Shown one piece after another: positions 10,141-20,119 of a stretch of 64,000 nucleotides of DNA. The position numbers and the translations under genes were made by a program. Within the stretch, counting starts at the first letter, position 1. Each line of letters opens with the position of its first letter. This DNA is from an uncultured Gammaproteobacteria bacterium (GTDB lineage: Bacteria; Patescibacteriota; Patescibacteriia; UBA1558; S5-K13), in contig CAZXFD010000001.1 in NCBI GenBank assembly GCA_964640635.1, forward strand, positions 248,306 through 312,305. The letters run 5' to 3'. The notes under the pieces are model-generated. The model was not told the origin of the DNA, searched no databases, and saw nothing but the letters and a program-made list of their open reading frames with translations.

Positions 10141-11511
10141 TTACATTCCGCCTCCCTTGACGACCGCATCAATAGTTTTAAGTATAATAGAAATGTCGAG
10201 TGCGAGATTTCTATTTTTGATATAGTATAAATCGTATTCTAGTTTTTCTATTGCATCATCAATTGTGTTACCATAGGGATAGTTTATTTGAGCCCAGCCA
10301 GAAAGGCCTGGTTTTACAAGTAGTCTATGACTGTAGAAGGGGATTTCTTTTTCAAGAGACTCAATAAATTCTGGTCTTTCGGGGCGAGGACCGATAAGAC
10401 TCATATCGCCTTTTAGAATATTTATAAATTGTGGTATTTCATCTAATCTTGTTTTTCTTAAAAATTTTCCAAACTTTGTAATTCTGGAGTCATTTTTTGA
10501 TGCCCATTGTGCGCCATTTTTTTCTGCATTATCAATCATTGTTCTAAATTTCATTGCAAGAAAATTTTCTCCATTTTTTCCGGTTCTGTATTGTTTAAAA
10601 AATATTGGTCCACGAGAGCCAACCTTTATTCCAATAATTATGAAAGGAACTATTATAAGTGATAGTATTAGTAGAATGAATGTGAAGATTTTTTCAAAAA
10701 TATTTTTACCAAAATCAAATATGAATTTTTTATTTTCATTTAGATTGCTTATAAGCCACATTTGATTGATATTTTTAAGCACCACTTTGCCAAGATATTT
10801 TTCATAAAACTCTGTAGTTTTTATTACTTCTATTTTGAGATTAATACATTTTAAAAGTTTGCCAGATATATTATTGTCAAAAAGTAAATCATCGTCTATT
10901 ACAATGCTTTGAATTTTATTGTTTTCTAAATAGTCTTCTAGATTTTCAATACTTGTTTTTTCAATTAGATCTAGGTTAATATTATTTAAGGGATTAATGT
11001 ATGTTTTTATATTTAATTCAAGTTCCGGTTTTTGATTGATACTTTTTAATAAATCGGGGTTGTTTGTTATAACAAGAGAATTTTGTTGAATTTTGTATCT
11101 ATACAAAGCTTTATTTGCAAAAAATCTCCAAATATAAAAAAGAATTCCAAATATTAATATATTTAAAACAAGTATAGTTTTTGGAGTAATGATATTTTGA
11201 GGGGTTATATAAAAATACAAGACGCTAAGAAAGAAATTCATTATAGAAAAATTTATTATACTTACAATAATTTCATATTTATTTTTTATTATTTTATTTG
11301 TTTCATACAATCTTAATGCATACAATATAACAAGCCACATTATATAAAGAGTTGTAAAATATGGAATATGTTTGAAAAATAGATTGTCCGATATATTAAA
11401 ATTATATCTTATCAGGAGTGCTAAAAATAAAGCAAAATAGAGACATATTGTGTCCCCAGTAAAGAAAATTATTTTTTTAATTTTTAATTTTAGATCCGTG
11501 TCTAATGTCAT
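10141..11511 (-). CDS. Undecaprenyl-phosphate priming sugar transferase (WcaJ/WbaP family)
   Basis: N-terminal TM helices; KFRTM, RLDEIPQFINILKGDMSLIGPRP, KPGLSGWAQI, DLYYI. Confidence 0.92.
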   Translation of the reverse strand: MTLDTDLKLKIKKIIFFTGDTICLYFALFLALLIRYNFNISDNLFFKHIPYFTTLYIMWLVILYALRLYETNKIIKNKYEIIVSIINFSIMNFFLSVLYFYITPQNIITPKTILVLNILIFGILFYIWRFFANKALYRYKIQQNSLVITNNPDLLKSINQKPELELNIKTYINPLNNINLDLIEKTSIENLEDYLENNKIQSIVIDDDLLFDNNISGKLLKCINLKIEVIKTTEFYEKYLGKVVLKNINQMWLISNLNENKKFIFDFGKNIFEKIFTFILLILSLIIVPFIIIGIKVGSRGPIFFKQYRTGKNGENFLAMKFRTMIDNAEKNGAQWASKNDSRITKFGKFLRKTRLDEIPQFINILKGDMSLIGPRPERPEFIESLEKEIPFYSHRLLVKPGLSGWAQINYPYGNTIDDAIEKLEYDLYYIKNRNLALDISIILKTIDAVVKGGGM

Positions 11512-11683
11512 ATGCTAATTTTATCAAATTTATCTTATTTTTACTATATTTTTGGATATTTATCAATATTGAATATTTATGAAAAATATTATATTATAAT
11601 AGTATTAAAGATTAAAAATGTCAATCCCGTTTGGCGGGATAAGTTTCTTTAAGAACTATTTATATTTAAAAATAAAATTTTAT

Positions 11684-13003
11684 ATGTCAAATAAAAAAAT
11701 ATTATTATTTGTTTTTATTTTTTTCTTCCTTTTTGTATCAAAAAATGCTTTAGCTGAGATTACTTTTAATAATATTGAGGTTTTTGATATAGTGGATAGA
11801 ACGGCAAAGGTAAGATGGAATACCAGTCAAGAAACAAAAGGAGATGTTTATTACGGTGAAAATCAAAATAATCTAGATAGGTGGATGGGCTATAGCTTGT
11901 ATAGCATTCAACATGAAACCGTTTTAAGCGGGTTAGATGATGATAAAGATTATTATTATAAAATAGTAGCTACAAATTCTGCAGGAGAAACATCAGAGAC
12001 CTTTATTAATTCATTTAACACAGATAATATAGCAGACACAATAAGGCCAACTTTTTTAAATCAAGAAATAGTTCAGACAACATCAGATGCTGTTACTGTA
12101 TCTTGGGTAACTGATGAAGATACAAAGGCAGAGATTTGGTATGGCTTTGAAGATGATAGAGATAAAAAAGTTATTTACTCTGGTTATAAGAAAAATCATA
12201 TTTTACCAATTTATAAATTAGATAATGATTCAAGATACAGTTTGATGATAATAGCTGAAGATAGATCCAAAAATAAAACAGAAAGTAGAGTTTTGTTTTT
12301 TAACACATCAAGTGGTGATACTACTCATACGCTTGTTATTTCTAATATCAAGCCTCAGGGTCCAGGAGACCAAATGATAGGATTAAGAGATGCTAAAATT
12401 ACATGGAATACAAATTTCATAGCAAAAGGACTTCTTACATATGGAACAAGTGAAAATAGTTTAAATAAAAAGATTTATGTATCACCAGATAAGGCAACAG
12501 AACATATTGCTGTTTTATCTGGATTAGAACCAAATACAAGGTATTATTACAGGATTAAAGCCTATGAAAGTCTTTATAATAAAACCGCACAAACTGCAGT
12601 TTTAAATTTTACAACCAAAAATATCAAAACAAATTTGAAAACAGGAGATATAGTGAAGGGTTCTGGTCCAAAAGTATACATAATAAAAGGAAATAATAAA
12701 TATTCTATACCAAATGAAACGGTTTTTAATGCTTTAGGTTTGAAATGGTCATGGCTTGATGACGTTGATGATTCAAAATTGGCAGAATATAAAAATTTGG
12801 GAGATATTTCTTCTACTAAGCATCCAGATGGAGCACTCATAAAATATGATGGTAAATCAACTGTTTATGTTATTGAGGGTGGAAAGAAAAGACCAATACT
12901 AACAGCATCTGCCTTTAATAAGCTTGGATATGATTGGTCTAAGATTATAAACTTATCAAAGACTAGTAAATTCAAATATACAACTGGTAAAAATATTCAG
13001 TAA
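11684..13003 (+). CDS. Secreted fibronectin type III repeat surface protein
   Basis: Signal peptide (MSNKKILLFVFIFFFLFVSKNALA), three FN3-like repeats (W.T...H...L.GL...YYY.I.A) and two C-terminal G.(I/L).K....VY.I.G..K repeats. Confidence 0.75.
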   Translation: MSNKKILLFVFIFFFLFVSKNALAEITFNNIEVFDIVDRTAKVRWNTSQETKGDVYYGENQNNLDRWMGYSLYSIQHETVLSGLDDDKDYYYKIVATNSAGETSETFINSFNTDNIADTIRPTFLNQEIVQTTSDAVTVSWVTDEDTKAEIWYGFEDDRDKKVIYSGYKKNHILPIYKLDNDSRYSLMIIAEDRSKNKTESRVLFFNTSSGDTTHTLVISNIKPQGPGDQMIGLRDAKITWNTNFIAKGLLTYGTSENSLNKKIYVSPDKATEHIAVLSGLEPNTRYYYRIKAYESLYNKTAQTAVLNFTTKNIKTNLKTGDIVKGSGPKVYIIKGNNKYSIPNETVFNALGLKWSWLDDVDDSKLAEYKNLGDISSTKHPDGALIKYDGKSTVYVIEGGKKRPILTASAFNKLGYDWSKIINLSKTSKFKYTTGKNIQ

Positions 13004-13271
13004 ACAAAAAATATCTTATCTCAGATATTTCATAAAATTCGAAATTCAAACTTCTAAATTTAAAATTATTTTGGTACACTGCCGTGCTCTAACAACTATG
13101 TGCATACAATGTCCATAGGCTTTTTTAGGGTCTTTTTGATATTCTAAATTAGGCACATTAGTCATGGCTAAAATATTGCCCTAAGCACTATGTACCATTG
13201 ACAATGTCAATTTAATATGATAATGTAATCTGTTAAATAATAACAAATAACTAAATTCTAAGGAGGATCAA

Positions 13272-13811
13272 ATGGACAATTTACTTATTATACTGTTAAA
13301 TCTCATATATGGATTCATTCCTTATGGGAAAAACATGGTATGTCTTTTTGGTGGAATAAACAAAAATGGGAGTGTCTACTCTCTAATTAGTTTATTCACT
13401 AAAGCAGAAAACGCCTATTCAATAATTAATATTTCTTCTGTGGTTAAAAACAATTTGTGGACTCTGCTCAATATATTGGGGTTCGCGAATGGATCAAGTG
13501 GAAACATACTATCGTTGATAAGTTTTGCAGCCGATGCAAAAAAGGAAATTAAAATTGCTTTTAGCGTTCTTGCTTTTTCTTCTGGAAATTTAAGAACATT
13601 TATTAACTTTGTTGGCATGGCAGACGAAAATATTGATGTTTATCTTTTTTCTTTCTTTGCGGCATCAACAAGTGTAAAAATAACGTTTTTCAGCTTTATT
13701 GCTATTGCCTTTAATTATGTAGAAGCAAAAATAAGCTTCTTTGCGATAGGACCAAAGGTAAAAGTTATTGTTGGGGCGTTGAGTTTAAGACAAAATTCGA
13801 ACATAGTGTAA
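13272..13811 (+). CDS. Orphan hydrophobic repeat protein
   Basis: AGGAGG RBS at 13261, TTGACA at 13198, hairpin plus T-run at 13832-13864; loosely repetitive Ser/Phe/Ile-rich sequence. Confidence 0.55.
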   Translation: MDNLLIILLNLIYGFIPYGKNMVCLFGGINKNGSVYSLISLFTKAENAYSIINISSVVKNNLWTLLNILGFANGSSGNILSLISFAADAKKEIKIAFSVLAFSSGNLRTFINFVGMADENIDVYLFSFFAASTSVKITFFSFIAIAFNYVEAKISFFAIGPKVKVIVGALSLRQNSNIV

Positions 13812-13953
13812 AATAATCGACCACGCTATTTAAAAGACTCGTTATAATTATGCGGGTCTTTTTTATTTCTCAAAAACAAAAAACACCTATTTCTAGGTAT
13901 TTCATGGTTCTCGCCACGACAAGGTGTTGAGGTCTCTTGAATCTCTCAAGGGG

Positions 13954-14028
13954 TGGTACCGCCACGGAGAATCGAACTCCGGTTACCAGGATGAGAACCT
14001 GACGTCCTAACCACTAGACGATGACGGC
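13954..14028 (-). tRNA. tRNA-Glu (anticodon CTC)
   Basis: Reverse complement GCCGTCATCGTCTAGTGGTTAGGACGTCAGGTT-CTC-ATCCTGGTAACCGGAGTTCGATTCTCCGTGGCGGTACCA forms a cloverleaf with encoded CCA. Confidence 0.95.
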
Positions 14029-14039
14029 ATTAGAATAGT

Positions 14040-15056
14040 TTAGTACTTTTTGAATATTTTTTCAATATCACTAACCTTTTTTATACTAACCAACTCTTTT
14101 CTCATTTCTCTTGCATTTTCTTGGTTTTTTGTATAAAAGAGAAGATGTTTTCTCATTTCTACCATTCCATAATCATTACTAGATTTTTCAACTAATTTTG
14201 CATGAGATAGGGCAATTTTTTTTATTTGTGCCCAAGTTTTTTCTTTATATTTATTTTCTTTAAGATATTTTTTAATTTGATCAAATATCCAGGGTTTTCC
14301 ATAAACACCACGAGCAATGCCAACTCCATCAGCTTGAGTTAAAAATAGAGTTTTTTGTGCTTGTCCTGGATCATAGATATTTCCATTTGCTATTATAATA
14401 CCACTGAAATATTTTCTAACTTTTTTTATATAGTTATAATCAATTTCACCAGAAAAACCTTGTTCATAAGTTCTTCCGTGGATCATTATTGTAGAAACTC
14501 GTAAATCCTTAATTTTTTTTATTAGATCGATAGACTCAATAATATCTTTTTTACTTTTAACATCTAATTTTTTTGCTTTACAACTTTCTGCTTTTATAGA
14601 TTTTCTTACTTTTATTGAAACTGGTAAATCTGTATTATCACAAACTGTTTTAATAATTTTGTAACATAAATCTAAATCACGCATTAGAGTTGCACCACCT
14701 CCGTGACCAGCGACTTTTTTTGCCGGACATCCGAAATTGATATCAATTCCTGAAAAACCAAGTTTTGTGATTATTTGAGTAGCGCGTGCAAATTTTTCGG
14801 GATCTTTTCCAAATAGCTGGACTACAACAGGTTTTTCACCTTTAAGGATTTTTAACATATTATGAGTTTTTTTTGAATTGAAATGAAGACCGTCAGCAGA
14901 GATCATCTCAGTATAAACTACATCAGCTCCATTTTTTCGGCATATCGTACAGAACGCAGGATCTGTAATTCCTGCCATAGGAGCTAGTACTAAAATAGGC
15001 TTTCGCAGTGAAAGCCAGAAGTTTTTGGTATTAATTTGCGTTGTCTTTTGTATCAT
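14040..15056 (-). CDS. dusB: tRNA-dihydrouridine synthase (Dus family)
   Basis: LAPMAGITD, YTEMIS, IDINFGCP, IHGRT, NGNI. Confidence 0.88.
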   Translation of the reverse strand: MIQKTTQINTKNFWLSLRKPILVLAPMAGITDPAFCTICRKNGADVVYTEMISADGLHFNSKKTHNMLKILKGEKPVVVQLFGKDPEKFARATQIITKLGFSGIDINFGCPAKKVAGHGGGATLMRDLDLCYKIIKTVCDNTDLPVSIKVRKSIKAESCKAKKLDVKSKKDIIESIDLIKKIKDLRVSTIMIHGRTYEQGFSGEIDYNYIKKVRKYFSGIIIANGNIYDPGQAQKTLFLTQADGVGIARGVYGKPWIFDQIKKYLKENKYKEKTWAQIKKIALSHAKLVEKSSNDYGMVEMRKHLLFYTKNQENAREMRKELVSIKKVSDIEKIFKKY

Positions 15057-15069
15057 TTATTTTAATCTA

Positions 15070-15993
15070 TTAGTCCATCCACTTTTTATTTTTGAATACT
15101 GACAATATAAACAAAGTAAATGCTATCATGAGTCCTACTGCAAATAAAAATCCCCAAGGCTGTTTTTGGAAAGGTATAATATAATTCATACCAAAAGTAG
15201 AGGAAACAAGTGTCAGTGGCATGAGAGTTACAGAAATTATTGTGAGTGTTTTCATTATACTGTTTAATTTGAATGAAATTAGAGATTCATTTGTGTTGTG
15301 CAGTGCTTCAATATTTTCTTTTTGATTTTCAAGCATTTCCCAAATTTCCTTTGATTGTTCTAGTACGCTATCGAAATAAACAGACATATTCTTGTCATCT
15401 AATATCGAACTAGCTATAGAAGATAGTTTTTTCATTGTATTTTTGTGGGATTGGACACTTTTTCTAAAGTTTACAATATTTCTTTTGACAATTAATATTT
15501 CATTTACCATTTTTCTTTCTTGATGATTGAATATCTGGTTTTCAATATTTTGCATGTCTTGAGATATGTGGTTTAAAATAGGGAAACAATATTTTTGTAA
15601 CTCGGTAAGTAGTTGATACAATAAAAATGGAATACTCTTATTTAGATATTTTTCTCTTTCTGTTTCGTTTCTTTGACAAGTTTCAAATATTTTATTAATT
15701 GGATCTAATTTTTTATCGTTTAACGTTACTATGTAGTCATGTCCGATAAATATATCTACCTCTGATAATGATATTGCCCTTGTGTCTCTATCAAAGTATG
15801 GAAAATTCAAGACGATAAAGGCATAGTTATCATATTGTTCTATTTTTGCTCGCAAACTTATATTAAGACAATCATCTAAATTAAATGGATGAAATTGATA
15901 ATTGTGTCTCAAGTATTCAATAGATCCAAGATTTGGATTTGTTATATGTGTCCAAGTAAAGTTTTGTGTTTTTATTTTTTGTATTAAACCCAT
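15070..15993 (-). CDS. corA: CorA family Mg2+ transporter
   Basis: C-terminal MKTLT...P..LV...FGMN signature between two TM helices. Confidence 0.92.
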   Translation of the reverse strand: MGLIQKIKTQNFTWTHITNPNLGSIEYLRHNYQFHPFNLDDCLNISLRAKIEQYDNYAFIVLNFPYFDRDTRAISLSEVDIFIGHDYIVTLNDKKLDPINKIFETCQRNETEREKYLNKSIPFLLYQLLTELQKYCFPILNHISQDMQNIENQIFNHQERKMVNEILIVKRNIVNFRKSVQSHKNTMKKLSSIASSILDDKNMSVYFDSVLEQSKEIWEMLENQKENIEALHNTNESLISFKLNSIMKTLTIISVTLMPLTLVSSTFGMNYIIPFQKQPWGFLFAVGLMIAFTLFILSVFKNKKWMD

Positions 15994-15995
15994 GG

Positions 15996-16120
15996 TGTTA
16001 AGTTTTAAGTATAAAGTTTGAAGTTTGAGGCATGCGGTGTATTTTAAGTAATTAAGTATAGGGCTTGAAGTAAAAATTACTTTACTTCATTCTTCACACT
16101 TCATTCTTCATCACTTAACA
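15996..16120. repeat. Inverted heptamer-array element
   Basis: TGTTAAGT...ACTTAACA termini enclose TTAAGTT/TGAAGTT-type 7-mers facing ACTTCAT/TCTTCAC 7-mers. Confidence 0.65.
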
Positions 16121-16199
16121 TTATATCATTGTAGTATATTACTTGCAAAATGTGATATAATATATTTAAGTAAAAATATAAAAATTTCATAGAAATAAT

Positions 16200-16703
16200 A
16201 TGCCTGATTTAAAAAATCCTCTTGAAAAAATATCACAAGAGCAATTAAAAAATTTAAATACTTCTTCAGAACAAAAAAGAGGAGAGACAATTCCTGTTAA
16301 AGAAAAAAATCAAGAAATACAAAATAATCAAATACAAACACAACAAGATCCCCCGTCTTCTATAAATCAACAAATTCAAGTCAAGCACAATGCGCAAGCA
16401 TCTTCTGTGGGTCAGGATGAATTGGCAAAAGAAATAGAGAATATCTTAGAGAGCGGATTAGAAAATCTTTATATGAAGATGCCTAAGGAAAAACAACTTC
16501 AATTTAGACAAAAAGGAGAAGAAGTAAGTAATAAAATAGCAATAATTTTAAAAGAGGTAAAAATTAAGACATCTAAAATTTTAAGCCTCATAATGTCATG
16601 GTTGTCTATTATTCCAGGAGTTAATAAATTTTTTATACGTCAAGAATCCAAGATAAAAACAGACAAGATTATAGCATTAAAAAATAAAAACCCACGTTTA
16701 TAA
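16200..16703 (+). CDS. Conserved hypothetical protein upstream of VirD4-like ATPase
   Basis: Gln-rich disordered N-terminus and conserved-looking C-terminus (IENIL..GL...F..KGEE...WL..IPGVNKFF..QESKIKTD). Confidence 0.7.
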   Translation: MPDLKNPLEKISQEQLKNLNTSSEQKRGETIPVKEKNQEIQNNQIQTQQDPPSSINQQIQVKHNAQASSVGQDELAKEIENILESGLENLYMKMPKEKQLQFRQKGEEVSNKIAIILKEVKIKTSKILSLIMSWLSIIPGVNKFFIRQESKIKTDKIIALKNKNPRL

Positions 16704-16748
16704 TTCGCTTTTAAATATAATAGCGAGGTAAATGAGGTAAGTAAAATT

Positions 16749-19256
16749 ATGAATTTATTTGATTTTAATCTTCAAATAGGGAATTTTTCAATCCCATTAT
16801 TGGTATTTTTGGTATTGTGTATTATGGGTTTGCTCATAATATTTTTTATTATTTATTTATTATTTAAAATTATTAATAAATCCAATACTAGTCCGTATTT
16901 TACTATCAAGCTTATTAGTGTAAAGGTTCCTAAATATGAAGATGTGAATTTTGCAAATTCTAATCAGAGTCAAGATACTATACAAAAAACTCAAGAACAA
17001 ATTGCTGTTGCTGAAAATTTATACAGTATTTTAGGTGGCATGAAAGCTCAAAAGGGATTAAAGGCAACTTTTGGTAAAAGAGATGATCATTTTTCATTGG
17101 AAATGGTTTTAAAAGACGGACTTATTAATTTTTATGTAGGAGTTCCAGAAAATAATTTGAATTTTTTCCAAGAACGTATTCATGCTATTTATCCACATGC
17201 AGAAATAGAATCTATTGACGATTATAATGTTTTTACTTCAGATGGTGTTACTTTGGGGGAGGTTTTGAAATTTAAAGAAAGTTTTATCTTTCCTTTAAAA
17301 ACTTATAAGAAATTAGAAGTAGATCCACTTGATTCTATTCTTAATTCGATGTCAAAAATAGGAGACAATGACTCTGTGGCTATTCAAATAGTTGCAAGAA
17401 GTGCGAATAAATCATGGCATAAAATATGTAGAAAATTCACTCAGAGCATTTCAAGGGGTAAAAATCTCAAAGAAGCAAAAATTGCTGCAGGACTTGAAAG
17501 TCCATGGGCAACATTTTTTTATGGTATTGGACAATTATTAGATACTATGAAAACAAACAAAGAAGAGAAACAAACACAACAACATCAGCCACTTTCTCAA
17601 ATGGAGACAGATATGATAAAAAATATTGAAGAGAAAAATTCAAAGGCGGGGCTTGATGTAAATATTAGAATTGTTGTAAATTCTCAAAACGAAGTAATAG
17701 CTAAAACATATTTAGATAATATAAGAAATTCTTTTTCTCAATATAATCTATATCAATATGGAAATCTTTTGGAGCGCGCAAAACAAAATAAAGATGAGCT
17801 TATAAATGATTTTATTTATAGAAGATTTAATGAATCTTATAGAATGATTTTAAATACCGAAGAACTTGCAAGTATTTATCATATGCCTCTTGCAACAACA
17901 GAAACTCCAAACGTTGCCTGGCTTGAAGCAAAAAGATCTGGTGCCCCAAGTAATATTCCTCAAGAAGGTCTTTTGTTAGGAAAAAATGTTTATAGAGACA
18001 AAGAAACTGTTATAAGAATAAAAGATAGAGATAGATTGCGTCATACATATATCATTGGTAAGTCAGGTACTGGTAAATCATATTTACAAGTAAATATGAC
18101 CATACAAGATATCAAAAATGGAGAAGGTGTTTGCGTTATTGATCCACATGGAGACTTGATTGAAGATATTTTGAAACATATTCCAAAAGAAAGGGCTGAG
18201 GATGTAATATTGTTTGACCCTTCAGATGTTGAGCGACCCATTGCTGTAAATATGCTTGAGTTTGAAACACAAGATCAAAAAACTTTTGTAATAAATGAAA
18301 TGATAAAGATTTTTGATAAATTATACGATCTTAAAGCAACAGGTGGACCGATATTTGAACAATACATGAGGAATACAATGCTTCTTGCAATGGAAGATGT
18401 TGAGTCTGGTTCGACTCTACTTGAAATTCCAAGAATTTTAGCAGATGAAGAATTTCGAAAATACAAACTTTCAAAATGTAAAGATTATTTGGTGTCTGAT
18501 TTTTGGCAAAAGCAAGCAGAGAAAGCTGGGGGAGAAGCAGCGCTTGCAAATATGGTTCCCTATATCACTAGCAAACTTACACCGTTTATTTCAAATGATA
18601 CAATAAGACCTATTATATCTCAGCAAAAAAGTTCTTTTAATTTTAGAAGTGTTATAGATGAAAGAAAAATTTTACTTATTAATCTAGCAAAAGGAAAAAT
18701 AGGTGAATTAAATAGTAGTCTTATTGGAATGGTATTTGTAGGAAAAATACTTATGGCAGCTTTGTCTCGTGCAAATATTGAAGATACAAAACGACATAAT
18801 TTTTATCTTTACATAGATGAGTTTCAAAACTTTATTACAGACAGTATTGCGGTTATATTGTCTGAGGCAAGAAAATATGGACTTGGCCTTATAATAGCGC
18901 ACCAGTATATTACCCAACTTGTAAACAAAGGAGATGAAACAATAAAAGACGCTGTTTTTGGTAATGCTGGAACATTCATAACATTTAGAATAGGAACAAA
19001 AGATGCTGAAACTGTTGTAAAACAATTCGCACCTGTATTTAATGAATTTGATCTTGTAAATGTTCCCGCTTACAACGCATATGTAAGACTACTAGTAGAC
19101 AATTATAATCCACCAGCATTTAGTATGAAAGTTGAATCCCGTATAGAGCCAACTCAAGATTATACAAAAGAAATAAAAGAATTGTCACGACTCAAATATG
19201 GAAAAGATAGAGAGCTTGTTGAATCTGAAATCAGAGAAAGAATGAAATTGATATAA
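16749..19256 (+). CDS. Membrane-anchored VirD4/TraG/HerA-like (DUF87) ATPase
   Basis: N-terminal TM; RHTYIIGKSGTGKS Walker A, IDPHGD, LYIDEFQNF Walker B, SEARKYGL, AHQ. Confidence 0.85.
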   Translation: MNLFDFNLQIGNFSIPLLVFLVLCIMGLLIIFFIIYLLFKIINKSNTSPYFTIKLISVKVPKYEDVNFANSNQSQDTIQKTQEQIAVAENLYSILGGMKAQKGLKATFGKRDDHFSLEMVLKDGLINFYVGVPENNLNFFQERIHAIYPHAEIESIDDYNVFTSDGVTLGEVLKFKESFIFPLKTYKKLEVDPLDSILNSMSKIGDNDSVAIQIVARSANKSWHKICRKFTQSISRGKNLKEAKIAAGLESPWATFFYGIGQLLDTMKTNKEEKQTQQHQPLSQMETDMIKNIEEKNSKAGLDVNIRIVVNSQNEVIAKTYLDNIRNSFSQYNLYQYGNLLERAKQNKDELINDFIYRRFNESYRMILNTEELASIYHMPLATTETPNVAWLEAKRSGAPSNIPQEGLLLGKNVYRDKETVIRIKDRDRLRHTYIIGKSGTGKSYLQVNMTIQDIKNGEGVCVIDPHGDLIEDILKHIPKERAEDVILFDPSDVERPIAVNMLEFETQDQKTFVINEMIKIFDKLYDLKATGGPIFEQYMRNTMLLAMEDVESGSTLLEIPRILADEEFRKYKLSKCKDYLVSDFWQKQAEKAGGEAALANMVPYITSKLTPFISNDTIRPIISQQKSSFNFRSVIDERKILLINLAKGKIGELNSSLIGMVFVGKILMAALSRANIEDTKRHNFYLYIDEFQNFITDSIAVILSEARKYGLGLIIAHQYITQLVNKGDETIKDAVFGNAGTFITFRIGTKDAETVVKQFAPVFNEFDLVNVPAYNAYVRLLVDNYNPPAFSMKVESRIEPTQDYTKEIKELSRLKYGKDRELVESEIRERMKLI

Positions 19257-19405
19257 AATTTATAAATATTAGTTTTCAAAAACAAAAAAATATTGTATAA
19301 TTATCTTGTATAAACAAAAATAAAACTGTGCACAAAAATAAATATAAAATAATTCAATCCAAAAACATATAAATTCATGTTGAGGTGAGATAAACAAAAA
19401 CAAAA

Positions 19406-20017
19406 ATGTTTAATAAAATAGATGAATTAAAAGACATTCTCTCTAATATAGAACTTGAACTAAATAAAGCAAAAATAATCTTTAATGAATTGGGAGTGGA
19501 TATTAATCCACCTTCTCATGATTTTTCTCGTATAGCACAATCAGTTGGATCTGAAAAAATAGATGGCGATAATAAAGTGGTTGAAGGAGTTTTTGATGGA
19601 GGACAGATGATAGGTCCTGATGGAAAAAAATATTCTATTCCTGCGAACTATTGTTCTAAGTCAAAACTTGTTGAAGGAGATATATTGAAACTCATTATCA
19701 AAAAAGACGGTAGCTTTGTTTATAAACAAATAGGTCCAGTAGAAAGAAAGAGAATAAAAGGAATCTTGATGAAGGACCCAATAACAGGAGAATTCAAAGT
19801 AAAAACTCAAGATAGATTTTATAAGATTTTGAAAGCCAGCGTTACTTATTTTCATGGTAATGATAATGACGAAGCAATAGTTTTGGTTCCACAAGATGGA
19901 GAGTCTATTTGGGCATCAGTAGAGAATATAATAGTTGGAAGTGGATCTAATTCTTCAAGACTTTTGGATAATACCCCATTTTTACAAGATGATGAGATCA
20001 ATGATTTGAGTTTATAA
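19406..20017 (+). CDS. Conserved hypothetical protein
   Basis: VVEGVFDG..MIGPDGKKY.IPANY.SKSKLVEGD.LKL; followed by a terminator at 20042-20069. Confidence 0.7.
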   Translation: MFNKIDELKDILSNIELELNKAKIIFNELGVDINPPSHDFSRIAQSVGSEKIDGDNKVVEGVFDGGQMIGPDGKKYSIPANYCSKSKLVEGDILKLIIKKDGSFVYKQIGPVERKRIKGILMKDPITGEFKVKTQDRFYKILKASVTYFHGNDNDEAIVLVPQDGESIWASVENIIVGSGSNSSRLLDNTPFLQDDEINDLSL

Positions 20018-20119
20018 TATTAATATATTTAGACTAAAATGAAAAAGACCAAGCAATTTGGTTTTTTTTGTTATTTGTTATAAAATATGTATAGTTGATA
20101 ATAACTAAACACCAATTAA

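Noticed and set aside
13071-13197. TGGTACA...TGTACCA possible MITE
   Set aside because: The terminal repeat is only 7 bp, with no target duplication or second copy in the window.
13905-13918. TGGTTCTCGCCACG resembling the tRNA-Glu 3' end (possible att scar)
   Set aside because: Only about 12 matching bases with an indel, 35 bp from the tRNA and with no integrase; too weak.
16749-19256. Conjugative element suggested by the VirD4-like ATPase
   Set aside because: No relaxase or mating-pair genes; it sits among housekeeping genes.
19260-19405. Repeated ACAAAAA words upstream of the 203-aa gene
   Set aside because: Low-complexity A-rich promoter DNA without regular period or symmetry.
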